DNA of 56,851 nucleotides from an uncultured Chitinophagales bacterium (lineage in GTDB: Bacteria > Bacteroidota > Rhodothermia > Balneolales > M1805), in the NCBI GenBank assembly GCA_964575925.1, contig CAZNTR010000004.1:1-56851 (forward strand), in the 5' to 3' direction. The notes beneath the pieces are model-generated. The model saw nothing but the letters and a program-made list of their open reading frames with translations. It was not told where the DNA came from and made no database searches. Below, piece after piece: positions 19,449 to 28,962 of this stretch. Positions within the stretch are counted from its first letter, which is position 1; each line of letters starts with the position of its first letter. Made by a program: the position numbers and the translations under genes.

Positions 19449-20756
19449 TTACACCCATTTAAGTACCCAATCTGCTAAAAAAATCGGCAGATTTACCAAT
19501 TTTCCTTGTCTTTGAATATTTAATGCTGAAAACCTAATCATTCTACTTGGATTATACGCTTTTTCATATTCCATTAGACTTTTGGCTTTTACATTCGAAC
19601 CCGACTTTACTTCAATTGGAATAATTTCAGTCTTATGCTGAATTATAAAATCGACTTCTGCTTTTCCTGAAGATGACCAATATCTTGGTAAATCAAATCC
19701 TTGAGCAAGCAAACTTTGTAATACATAATTCTCAGCCAAACTCCCCTTAAATTCAACAAATAATTGATGTAATTCTATAAAAGATAGTCGAGGTAAATGG
19801 GCTAATGATCTAATTATACCTATATCTAAGCCATATAATTTAAATGCACTTAAATCATCATAAGCACTTATGGGTAATCGTGGTGTTTTATTCAAGTGAA
19901 TTTTGTACACAAGTCCAGACCTGACCAACCAATTTATGGCATCTTCATAGTCTCGTGCTCTAGCACCTTCTTTAATATGTTGATACATAAACTTTTTGTT
20001 TTCTTTTGCAAGTTGGGAAGGCAATGACTCCCAAATTAAATGAATACGTGGAACATCCTTTATTTCAGCATGTTTTGAAAAATCGTAGTTATAACTTAAT
20101 AACAAATTTTTTAGAATCATTTCGGATTCTGCTGCATTCATTTGAGCCACATAATGCTGTAGAACTTCTGGCATTCCACCAAACTGTGTAAATACAACAA
20201 ATTGTTCGCGTATTTGATTAAAAAAAAGTGCAGGAATGGGCTCTTCGCCACTTAGTTGCTCAATATATTCATATAAGTTTGGTTGATAACTAAACAAGTA
20301 TTCGGCAAATTGAATAGGATAAAGATCTAAAAATTCAACTTTTCCAACAGGAAATGAATTCATTTTTCCCATACTGACGCCAAGTAAAGAACCTGCTGCA
20401 ATTACTGCAAATTCAGGAGCATTTTCAGCAATATATTTTAGAAAGTTTATTGCATCAACACATTCCTGTATTTCATCGAAAACAAGTAATGTTTCGTGTT
20501 TTCTAATTGGTTCCCCTCTTATCATTGAAAGTTGTTCAATAATACGATTTACATCTTTTGTTGTTAAAAAAAAGGCTTTTAAATCAGGTTCTTCATCAAA
20601 GTTAAAATACGCTATATCTGCAAAGTGCGTTTTGCCAAACTCTTTTATTAATCGGGTTTTACCTACTTGTCTTGCACCTTTAAGGATGAGTGGTTTCCTA
20701 TTTAACCGATTTTTCCAGGTCAGTAATTCTTTTTCTGCAAATCTTTTAATAAACAT
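19449..20756 (-). CDS. AAA_14 ATPase with a C-terminal DUF4143 (PD-(D/E)xK-like) domain
   Basis: GARQVGKT Walker A, FDEIQ Walker B, GGMPE, ENYV and EVDF...PIEVKSG. Confidence 0.92.
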   Translation of the reverse strand: MFIKRFAEKELLTWKNRLNRKPLILKGARQVGKTRLIKEFGKTHFADIAYFNFDEEPDLKAFFLTTKDVNRIIEQLSMIRGEPIRKHETLLVFDEIQECVDAINFLKYIAENAPEFAVIAAGSLLGVSMGKMNSFPVGKVEFLDLYPIQFAEYLFSYQPNLYEYIEQLSGEEPIPALFFNQIREQFVVFTQFGGMPEVLQHYVAQMNAAESEMILKNLLLSYNYDFSKHAEIKDVPRIHLIWESLPSQLAKENKKFMYQHIKEGARARDYEDAINWLVRSGLVYKIHLNKTPRLPISAYDDLSAFKLYGLDIGIIRSLAHLPRLSFIELHQLFVEFKGSLAENYVLQSLLAQGFDLPRYWSSSGKAEVDFIIQHKTEIIPIEVKSGSNVKAKSLMEYEKAYNPSRMIRFSALNIQRQGKLVNLPIFLADWVLKWV

Positions 20757-20759
20757 ATT

Positions 20760-20815
20760 CACATTTTAGGTTCTAAATATGTGAAATATAGCACATTATT
20801 GGTTCCAATTATGTG
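20760..20815. promoter_or_regulatory. Tandem pair of 24-bp dyads CACAT-N14-ATGTG (period 32 bp) abutting the ATPase start codon
   Basis: CACATTTTAGGTTCTAAATATGTG at 20760-20783 and CACATTATTGGTTCCAATTATGTG at 20792-20815. Confidence 0.6.
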
Positions 20816-21014
20816 ACCTTAATCTCTTTAGCTTATTTAGGATAAGTTTTTGTAAATGTGTTGTTTCTGCACTTAGGATTTCCCTATTGCTTTACTTACT
20901 TTTTTCTGAAATTTACTTTTACTTTCGAGCATAGAACAAATAACCTATTTTTTATAAAGAGTATCTAATTTCACTAAGAATTCTTACCCTAAACTAAGAA
21001 TTCGTGCAATTCCC

Positions 21015-23372
21015 TTAAATAAAACTGACTTTCCCAGAAGCTTTTCCAAAACGAAAGGGATCTAACTGTTGCGCATAATCATAGAATTCCTTCGATTCCT
21101 TTTCACTTCCATTAAACTTATGAAAATCACCTGTCAATTTATATAATTCTGGATGCGCAGGATAAACTTCTAATAGTTTTTGAACCAATTCTGAGGCTTC
21201 AACAATATGCTTTTCTCCCAATAAAATTTTTAGATGATAAATATGAGCATCAATAAAGTTTGGATCTGAACCATAACTATTCAAATAATGCACACAGCGA
21301 GAAAAAATATTACGTTCAAAATAATACCTAACAATATCTTGAACTAAAGTAATCGGTAGCTGCATCTCATCTAACTGAATTTCTAAGCGACGAAGTATAT
21401 CTCGTTGATCCGTTTTAATTAACATCGAAGCAATACTCACCGCTTCATCAACTTCCCACCTTGTTTTTACAATTTCCGTTTTCACTTCATCGGTATAAAA
21501 CTCCTTAAACAAACTAAATAAATGAGGTTCAGGATCAATCGGGTTCATTAAACTTGAAATGTATACACAGCGATCTAGATACTTTAACTGATTATACTTT
21601 TCTTCATATTGTGGCTCAATTCCCCACTTGCGATACAATTTAGCTAAATTCAAATAAGAATAATCACACTGATGACTTAAACCCATCTGTGATGTAGTAC
21701 GCGCAAAGGTATGCTCAACAATGAGTTCTGTAATCATGTAGATTTTTTTCTCCATTTGCTGAACCTGAAAGGCCAAATCGACATCATCATAATAAGCTAA
21801 ACCAAATTGCTCGTCCATTCTGAACCCATCTGCTTTTTTTAGCATAAAACAAGCCGAATCCATATTTTGAATAGCCACTAAAGTATCATTTTTCCTAACA
21901 GTTGACTCTTCTTTATCCTGATCAGGAATCATACTAAACGATAATACCGGAACTACAATTCCAGCATCAGGTTTATCGTTAAAAACTTGTTCTAATTCAT
22001 ATAAAATATCGTTTTCGAAATCGATATCATTATGCATTACTAAAATGTATTCACCTTGCGCAATATCAATACCCTGATTTACGGAAGCCGCAAAACCCTT
22101 ATTTTCTTTATTTGTAATTACTTCTAAACGAAATATTTGTTGGCTTTGAACTTCGTTTAAAAAATCGAACGTATCGTCCAAACTTGCATTATCAATAACA
22201 ATAATTTCTGTTTTTTCTCGGTCGATAACATTTGCCAATGTCGTGAATGTTTGTTCCATTAATTGAACACCTAAACCTGTAGTTGGAATAATAATCGAAT
22301 ATTTTGGTGGTTCTAAAGTGGGGTTTTCTGTTTTTTCTTCTTTTGGAACAGCAGTAATAAACTCAGGTTCGGCTGTTACTTCTTTTTCCAGTCCTACAGC
22401 TTGAGGGCTAGAGTGTTCAATTTTTGCTTTTATAGGTTCAGGCTTTTGTTGCTCAAATTCCTTTTTCTTCATTTCATCAGCTTCAACAAAACGACCTGTT
22501 AATTCTAATAATTCTTTATAATAAACCTTAATTTCTTGGTTTTCAGGGTCTTCTTGATGGGCTTGTGTTGCAAAATGAAGTGCTTTTACAATATTTCCTT
22601 TGCTTTTTTCTTGGCGAGCTTTGTCTAACAGAGTTTCTGCTTGTGAGTGGAATTGCTCAAAAGCTTCGGCTTCTGTTTCTTCCATTATGGCGTAAACTCG
22701 TTCGCGCAAGGTTTTATCAAGCTGATAATTTCGCAACCAATGTAGAGCAAGTTCGCGTTTAACAGCCCAATTTTCATTTTCTGGTTCCTCAACAGCAGCT
22801 TGAAACCAAGCTTTTTTTTGCAATAAGATGGGAGATTGCTCAAGACGCCACATCAGCTCAAATGCAACCGAATCGTATAAATAAGGATCAAAAAATTGTT
22901 GATTTCCAGGTAAGCTTGCCCATTTCCAAACAAAACCGAGGCGCTCTTCTACTGTAGAATGATGAATTACTGAAACCCACTCTTGAAGATCATTTGGAAT
23001 CTTTTTTAATAAACAACACATTACGGCTTCAGATTGCTCTAAAGACTGAATTACATGAAATAATTCGGGTTCATTAATGCGACCAACTGAATTTACAACC
23101 CAAATAAATTCACCTGAAACCTCCTGTAAGACCTCATTTACCCTTACACCAACTCCTGCTTGTTCGTTTTGTTCGAAAAAGAACGTAAAATCATGATCAT
23201 AATATTCAGAAAGAGATTGAATAATTGATGTAGCATCTTCACCAGCCCCATCATTTACAATAATTAATTCAAACGGAATATCCCGTAATTCATAAATGGA
23301 TGTTAGTGTGGTTTCAATGAGATAGGGTTCACTGAAAACACAGATAATCGTGAGTTTTACAGGTGCAGACAT
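21015..23372 (-). CDS. Glycosyltransferase family 2 protein with two GT2-like domains and TPR-like helices
   Basis: ELIIVNDG, YSIIIPT, EIIVIDNAS, NKGFAASVNQG, MHNDI and YYDDVDL, plus TPR-like segments. Confidence 0.8.
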   Translation of the reverse strand: MSAPVKLTIICVFSEPYLIETTLTSIYELRDIPFELIIVNDGAGEDATSIIQSLSEYYDHDFTFFFEQNEQAGVGVRVNEVLQEVSGEFIWVVNSVGRINEPELFHVIQSLEQSEAVMCCLLKKIPNDLQEWVSVIHHSTVEERLGFVWKWASLPGNQQFFDPYLYDSVAFELMWRLEQSPILLQKKAWFQAAVEEPENENWAVKRELALHWLRNYQLDKTLRERVYAIMEETEAEAFEQFHSQAETLLDKARQEKSKGNIVKALHFATQAHQEDPENQEIKVYYKELLELTGRFVEADEMKKKEFEQQKPEPIKAKIEHSSPQAVGLEKEVTAEPEFITAVPKEEKTENPTLEPPKYSIIIPTTGLGVQLMEQTFTTLANVIDREKTEIIVIDNASLDDTFDFLNEVQSQQIFRLEVITNKENKGFAASVNQGIDIAQGEYILVMHNDIDFENDILYELEQVFNDKPDAGIVVPVLSFSMIPDQDKEESTVRKNDTLVAIQNMDSACFMLKKADGFRMDEQFGLAYYDDVDLAFQVQQMEKKIYMITELIVEHTFARTTSQMGLSHQCDYSYLNLAKLYRKWGIEPQYEEKYNQLKYLDRCVYISSLMNPIDPEPHLFSLFKEFYTDEVKTEIVKTRWEVDEAVSIASMLIKTDQRDILRRLEIQLDEMQLPITLVQDIVRYYFERNIFSRCVHYLNSYGSDPNFIDAHIYHLKILLGEKHIVEASELVQKLLEVYPAHPELYKLTGDFHKFNGSEKESKEFYDYAQQLDPFRFGKASGKVSFI

Positions 23373-23490
23373 AAAAAAATCGTTTTGACAAAAGTTATAC
23401 TTGTAGAATATAACTGAATTTTTATTCCAAATTTAGATTTGTCAACAGTTCATAATGGTTAACATTTCCTAAGCCAAATACTAACGGTTT

Positions 23491-24363
23491 TTACACATGC
23501 CGCTCAGCGTGATACGAAGATCTAACTAAAGGTCCACTTTCAACATGTTCAATTCCTTTTGCTTCACCGATTTCTTTATACGCTTTAAATTGATCGGGAT
23601 GAATCCAAGCCTCAACGGGTAAATGCATTTTTGTAGGTTGCATATATTGGCCTATAGTGAAAACATTTAATCCAATTGCTACCACATCTTCCATTACTTT
23701 ATAGACTTCTTCTGGTGTTTCTCCCAAACCGACCATTATTCCAGCTTTTGTTCTGAGTCCAGCTTTTTTTGCATTATGTAAAACTTCCAAAGAACGTTCA
23801 TATTTAGCTTGAGGTCTAACCCTTCTATATAATCTTGGAACTGTTTCTATATTATGATTTAACACTTCTGGGTGAACATTTAGTACAACATCTAATGCCG
23901 ATTTGCTTCCTCTGAAATCCGGAATTAATACTTCAATAGTTACGCCAGGAATTTCATGACGAAGACGATTTATTGTTTCCGCAAAAATAGGTGCGCCACC
24001 ATCTTCTCGTTCATCACGATTTACAGAGGTGATAACAACATGTTTTAAGCCCATTGTTTTTGCTGCTGCTGCAACTCTGTTGGGCTCATCCCAGTCTAAG
24101 CCTTTAACAGGTTTACCCGTTTTAATAGCACAAAAACCACAAGAACGGGTACAAACATCACCTAAAATCATAAATGTTGCCGTTCCTGAGCTCCAACATT
24201 CTCCCATATTTGGACAACGAGCTTCTGCACATACTGTATTTAAGTTCTTGTTTTCAATAAGTTCAGATAACTCTTTAAATTTTCCTCCAGCTGGCAATTT
24301 TACTCTTAGCCATTCTGGTCTTTTTTCACGGGTGTGTAAATTTGGTTTTTCCAGGACTTCCAT
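23491..24363 (-). CDS. lipA: Lipoyl synthase
   Basis: [28 protein letters not shown] and PLVRSSYHA motifs. Confidence 0.97.
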   Translation of the reverse strand: MEVLEKPNLHTREKRPEWLRVKLPAGGKFKELSELIENKNLNTVCAEARCPNMGECWSSGTATFMILGDVCTRSCGFCAIKTGKPVKGLDWDEPNRVAAAAKTMGLKHVVITSVNRDEREDGGAPIFAETINRLRHEIPGVTIEVLIPDFRGSKSALDVVLNVHPEVLNHNIETVPRLYRRVRPQAKYERSLEVLHNAKKAGLRTKAGIMVGLGETPEEVYKVMEDVVAIGLNVFTIGQYMQPTKMHLPVEAWIHPDQFKAYKEIGEAKGIEHVESGPLVRSSYHAERHV

Positions 24364-24558
24364 GTTTTTTAAATTTTCTTGCTGGTTTTCCGGTTCAAAA
24401 TGAATTTAAAAATACATAGATTTAATGAATTAAATTTGAAGAAGCGTTATCTCTTTGGTTTTTGGGAACCATTGACTAGTTAAAACAAACCTAAATTGAT
24501 ATTCTAACTTATTATACATTTATAGACCATTTATATAATTATCTGATGAAAAAATCAT

Positions 24559-24658
24559 TGAGCTTACACCAAAAAGTAGTTTTCTACAAAATAGTCAGCT
24601 AATTCTCAGGATTTGGAAGGATGAAAACCGAAAGAATCGACTTTTCGGAGTTGACTAA
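24559..24658 (+). mobile_element. ~100-bp MITE-like element, family F copy 3
   Basis: Ends TGAGCTTACACCAAAAAAGT and ACTTTTCGGAGTTGACTAA. Confidence 0.68.
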
Positions 24659-24789
24659 AGGTTCTAATTAAGAAAATAGTCCTTCGTTTGCGAACGCACT
24701 CATTAAAAAAAATTCATTACCAACTCTTCGCTTAATAGATTTCAACTTCAAGAATTCCTACCTTTTTACGAATCTTTTAACCACTTGCC

Positions 24790-25029
24790 ATGACATACGT
24801 TCTACTAAATTTAGTTGCTTTTGGCGGACTTCTTTTTTTCGTGTATTATGTAAATAGAGACTCCCCAAACGTGAAAGAGATTACTAAAGAATTAAAAGCA
24901 TTACGTGAAAAAACCGAACATTTACAACACAGAGTTGAAAATTTAGAAGCAATAATTGCAGATAAAGATTTTGATGCGTTTTCTAATTCTTCAACCTCTT
25001 CTGAATCGAATCGACTACGAACAGATTGA
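24790..25029 (+). CDS. Small single-TM coiled-coil protein (PspB-like)
   Basis: N-terminal TM helix, LQHRVENLEAII motif, upstream TACCTTTT promoter-like motif. Confidence 0.7.
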   Translation: MTYVLLNLVAFGGLLFFVYYVNRDSPNVKEITKELKALREKTEHLQHRVENLEAIIADKDFDAFSNSSTSSESNRLRTD

Positions 25030-25046
25030 ACAATCGCTATTTATTT

Positions 25047-25331
25047 ACACAACTTTTGTACTTTTACCTTTTGTAAAATTTATTAATCGTGTTAAGATTT
25101 TTTTTATATGATTAATAAAAACAATATTTTTTAATATACGTCATTCCGTCAAGATGGCCAATGACCCAGCATCTCAGCCAAAGAATAAAATTATACAAAA
25201 AAATGCTTATTGCATAATATGATATTAGACCAAGAGAGCACTTCGTGGTTCTTCGAATCAGGTCGGTGTACAGGATGACTTTTTTTGCAAAGACTAGTAC
25301 CTTTTTTAAAGAAACGAAGTCCGAATTGGAG
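25047..25331 (+). mobile_element. ~290-bp element, family B copy 2
   Basis: Shares CCTTTTGTAAA, ATACGTCAT, CCAGCATCTCAGCC, AGCACTTCGTGGTTC and AGAAACGAAG(T)CCGAATT blocks with 15498-15804. Confidence 0.72.
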
Positions 25332-25459
25332 ATTTAACCTGATTTTTTTGAATAACCTTATTTTATCTCTCGTTCAAACCAATTTTTCAGTAAAATTTTA
25401 CATTTGAGCAATCTCAAAAGATTCTTATACTACAAACCTAAGCTAAGTAGATATTTATT

Positions 25460-26227
25460 ATGAAAAGATTGTGCTTCTTATCGCTGAAAGGCGGAACCGG
25501 TAAAACAACCACCTCTTTTAACGTATCCATTCAATTAGCCAAAAAAGGACTAAAAGTCTTGGCAATTGATTTAGATCCTCAAGGTTATTTAACCGTTTCC
25601 TATGGAGAAAGCACAGCCGCAGGTAGAAAAAACGTTCATGATGTAATTAAGGGAACACCAATTCGCCAAGCCATTCGTGAAACGAAATCAGGTGTTCATT
25701 TGCTCGCAGCAGATTTGGAATTAACTACTGCCGATTTAGACATGAGAGAAGATGGACGTGAGTTTTTTATGCGTAAAGCGCTTGAAAAAGTAAGTGGTTA
25801 CGATGTTGTGATTTTCGATTGTTGTCCATTTTTAGGCATTTTGAGTCTAAATGCACTAGTCGCTGCAGACGAATTAATTATTCCAACTGAACCTGAGTTC
25901 TTAGCCATGAGAGGCGTTAGACAACTATACTTAAAAGTAGTTCAATTAATTCAAAAAGAACTTAATCCAGAATTACAATTCAGCGGTGTTGTTGTAACAA
26001 AATTTGATTCGAGAAAACGAAATCACAAAGATATTCAGCAAAAATTGAAAAAATTATTCCCAACTCAAATATTTGATACACATATTCGAACAAATGTAGC
26101 TTTGGCGAATGCCTCCGCTCAAGGAATTTCAATTTTCGATTTCGATCCATTATCAAATGGTGCAATGGATTATGAAGAATTAACTGAGGAAATTATGCAA
26201 CGCTATGAATTAGTGCCAAAAGCGTAA
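25460..26227 (+). CDS. ParA/Soj family ATPase, orphan (no adjacent parB)
   Basis: KGGTGKTT deviant Walker A, DLDPQG, DCCP, NALVAAD and IRTNVALA. Confidence 0.92.
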   Translation: MKRLCFLSLKGGTGKTTTSFNVSIQLAKKGLKVLAIDLDPQGYLTVSYGESTAAGRKNVHDVIKGTPIRQAIRETKSGVHLLAADLELTTADLDMREDGREFFMRKALEKVSGYDVVIFDCCPFLGILSLNALVAADELIIPTEPEFLAMRGVRQLYLKVVQLIQKELNPELQFSGVVVTKFDSRKRNHKDIQQKLKKLFPTQIFDTHIRTNVALANASAQGISIFDFDPLSNGAMDYEELTEEIMQRYELVPKA

Positions 26228-26311
26228 TATTTTTCTTTTAGATCAATTGTCGAATTCTACAATATTAGAAATTAAACCTTTATTCAATAAGTTGAATTAC
26301 ATTCAAAACTT

Positions 26312-26382
26312 TCTCCCTCCAGAAGGAATTCCATCAAAAAAATCTCTTTTGAATTGGAGGGAGACCAAGAGGGTGGTCAGAT
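26312..26382 (+). repeat. Hairpin repeat, family D
   Basis: Perfect 10-bp IR TCTCCCTCCA/TGGAGGGAGA followed by GGGTGGTCAGAT. Between convergent genes. Confidence 0.75.
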
Positions 26383-26448
26383 AAACTATAAGTTATTATT
26401 AATAAATAAATTAGTGACATGATCAATTCAGCGTTCTTCGAAAAAATA

Positions 26449-27627
26449 TCACCCAACCTGAAACGCAAATAATTTTAAATATTCTGTTTCCATCATATTC
26501 GGATTTACAGGATGATCAGCTGGGTGAGTTGATTTATGTATCAATTTTAAAGTTCTACCTTCTTTATAAGCCGCCACTCTAACCGTATCAACAAATGCTT
26601 CTGCGGTAATATGATGTGAACAACTTGCCGTTACTAAAAATCCACCTGGTTTTGTGATTGAAATTCCCATTCGGTGCATTTTTTCATACCCTTTTAATGC
26701 AACTGGAACTGTTTTTCTATTTCGAGTGAAGTTTGGCGGATCAAGATTCACGACATTAAAAAGACCCATTTCTTCTTTTAATTCAAAACCAACTTTCATT
26801 AAATCAGCTTTTCTGAATTCAACTTCTAGATTATTTCTATGTGCATTGGCCTTTGCTCTTTCTAAAACATGTTCAGCAATATCAATGGCTATAACTTCTC
26901 CTGCTCCAGCTTTTTTTGCATTTAAAGCAAATCCACCTTCGTTACAAAATCCATCAAAAACTCGATCATTTTTTTGAATTAAGGTTTTAAACCATAAACG
27001 GTTATCTCGTTGATCTAAATACAATCCCGTTTTTTGCCCCGATAAAACATCCACTTCGTACATTAAACCATGTTCGGTCATCATTGTTTTTGCGTCTTCT
27101 TCGGTTCCTTTAGCCATTTTTTGTTCTTCAGGAAGATTTTCGAGACTTCTATGATAATGATCGTTTCGTAAAACAATAGCTTTTGGCGAAAGTAATTCAT
27201 CTAATAACTGAATGATAATTTCTTTTTGAGTTTCTAATCCCGCAGAGTTTATTTGAACACTTATAACATCATTATATAAGTCAACTAATAATCCGGGCAA
27301 ACCATCCGACTCTGCATAAACAACTCGATAAGAGTCACTTGTAAGAATTACTTTTTTTCTTAGTTGTATAGCTGCACTTAGCTTTTTCCTAAAAAAATTA
27401 ATATTTATTTCTTCTTGAATTCTAGTTAAAACCCGAAATGTGATTAATGAAGATGGATTTACATAACCTCTTCCCGCCCATTTTCCATCTGCTGTAAGTA
27501 CATCACACAGTGCACCTACAGGAATTTCTTTGAAATCGGGTTCTAGTTCATTGGAAAATATCCAATCATGTCCATGTAAATAACGTTTTTCAAGTTTCCG
27601 TCTTAATCTGAGCTGATAAAGTGACAT
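26449..27627 (-). CDS. Class I SAM-dependent rRNA methyltransferase (RlmI family)
   Basis: GHDWIFSNE PUA-like region, ESDGLPGLLVD, GQKTGLYLDQRDNR, LDPP and SCS motifs. Confidence 0.9.
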   Translation of the reverse strand: MSLYQLRLRRKLEKRYLHGHDWIFSNELEPDFKEIPVGALCDVLTADGKWAGRGYVNPSSLITFRVLTRIQEEININFFRKKLSAAIQLRKKVILTSDSYRVVYAESDGLPGLLVDLYNDVISVQINSAGLETQKEIIIQLLDELLSPKAIVLRNDHYHRSLENLPEEQKMAKGTEEDAKTMMTEHGLMYEVDVLSGQKTGLYLDQRDNRLWFKTLIQKNDRVFDGFCNEGGFALNAKKAGAGEVIAIDIAEHVLERAKANAHRNNLEVEFRKADLMKVGFELKEEMGLFNVVNLDPPNFTRNRKTVPVALKGYEKMHRMGISITKPGGFLVTASCSHHITAEAFVDTVRVAAYKEGRTLKLIHKSTHPADHPVNPNMMETEYLKLFAFQVG

Positions 27628-27764
27628 AAGGCTGAATCTAAATTGTGTGATTATAAAAAAGATACGGATTCAACTCTACAATGACTTAAAACTGGAAAGA
27701 ATGGGTAAATGAAGCAAAATTATACCCTATAGGGAAATATGTAATCCATTAATGCGAAGTAATG

Positions 27765-27837
27765 AGCCGAAAATGGGAGTCGAACCCACGACCTACGCTT
27801 TACGAGAGCGTCGCTCTACCAACTGAGCTATTTCGGC
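27765..27837 (-). tRNA. tRNA-Thr(CGT), CCA not encoded
   Basis: Reverse complement GCCGAAATAGCTCAGTTGGTAGAGCGACGCTCTCGTAAAGCGTAGGTCGTGGGTTCGACTCCCATTTTCGGCT folds as a cloverleaf with anticodon CGT. Confidence 0.96.
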
Positions 27838-28518
27838 TTTAAATATGCTTAAAGATACTTATACCCCAACTCTTTTTCCATAGTTCTCTTTATCTATTTT
27901 TAGAACCTTCCCCCAATTCATCCATTAACAAGGAAAAAGCATCATGTCTCATTCTAAAGTCAGTTACTGCATTTGAATTCAACTTTGAATGTTCGTTTTT
28001 CACCTTTGAAAAATATAGAATATGCTATGGATTATCACCGCACCTGTGCAAAAATATAGCTAAAGTACCATCTAAGAAAAAAATTTATCTCCATCTCTGT
28101 AACAATTCGAAGAACTACGAAGTGCTATCTATGCGTAACGTATGATTGTGAAACTAACACAACCCATTGCGAATTTAATCTTGATGTGATTTTAAAGTAA
28201 CATTCAACATAATGTAATCTGGAAACTAAACTAACACTTCAAGTCCATATTTAAGATTTTAGTTGAAAATAAATTATTCTAATTATGTTGTATCTAAAGA
28301 TTAATTAGAAAAATCAATGCTATTCAACCAAAATATCGGGTAATTTTGCGATATAACAACGGTACGTCTTTCATCTCAACAATTTTTATTTTTCATTTTG
28401 TTCAACTTTATTTAATTAAAAGTTTTTATTATTTCTATTTAATGAATATAAAACGTGCTATTTATCAGTACTTTTTAAAAACATTTTAATACATTAGTTT
28501 ATCACTAAATTTTCTGTA

Positions 28519-28881
28519 ATGACCGCTAACAACGTTTTACTTATAGATGACGATAGAACTATTCTAGTTCTTTATGCAAATTTTCTCTCTAAAGAAGGAA
28601 TTACAGCTTATCAGGCTGATAATGCAAAAATGGCGGTTACCACTGTTATGAATGTTCCTATTCGACTAATTATTACTGATATAAATATGCCCGACATGAA
28701 CGGCATTGTTTTGGCAAAACAATTAAAAGATCGCTACACTTCAGTTCCAATAATTGCTATGTCAGCACTGCCCTTTAAAGATAACAAAGAGGCTTTAGTT
28801 GAAGCTGGCATTTCGGGATTTCTACGCAAACCCGTTAAACGAGAGCTTTTTATTGAAACAGTTAAAAAATATTTGATTTAG
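28519..28881 (+). CDS. Single-domain response regulator (CheY-like)
   Basis: LIDDD, TDINMPDMNG, AMSA and RKP motifs. Confidence 0.92.
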   Translation: MTANNVLLIDDDRTILVLYANFLSKEGITAYQADNAKMAVTTVMNVPIRLIITDINMPDMNGIVLAKQLKDRYTSVPIIAMSALPFKDNKEALVEAGISGFLRKPVKRELFIETVKKYLI

Positions 28882-28962
28882 CTTCTTTTTTTATACGACA
28901 TCATTTTGTCTTCTTTATTATTGCTACCTTTCAGCTTTATAATTTAGCACGATACACAATTT

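Noticed and set aside
27721..27740. Palindrome CCCTATAGGG resembling a CsoR-type operator
   Set aside because: Short, single copy, the outer arms do not match, and no metal-resistance gene follows.
27765..27837. tRNA-Thr as an integration site for a genomic island
   Set aside because: No integrase and no duplicated tRNA 3' end were seen, and a housekeeping gene follows its 3' end.
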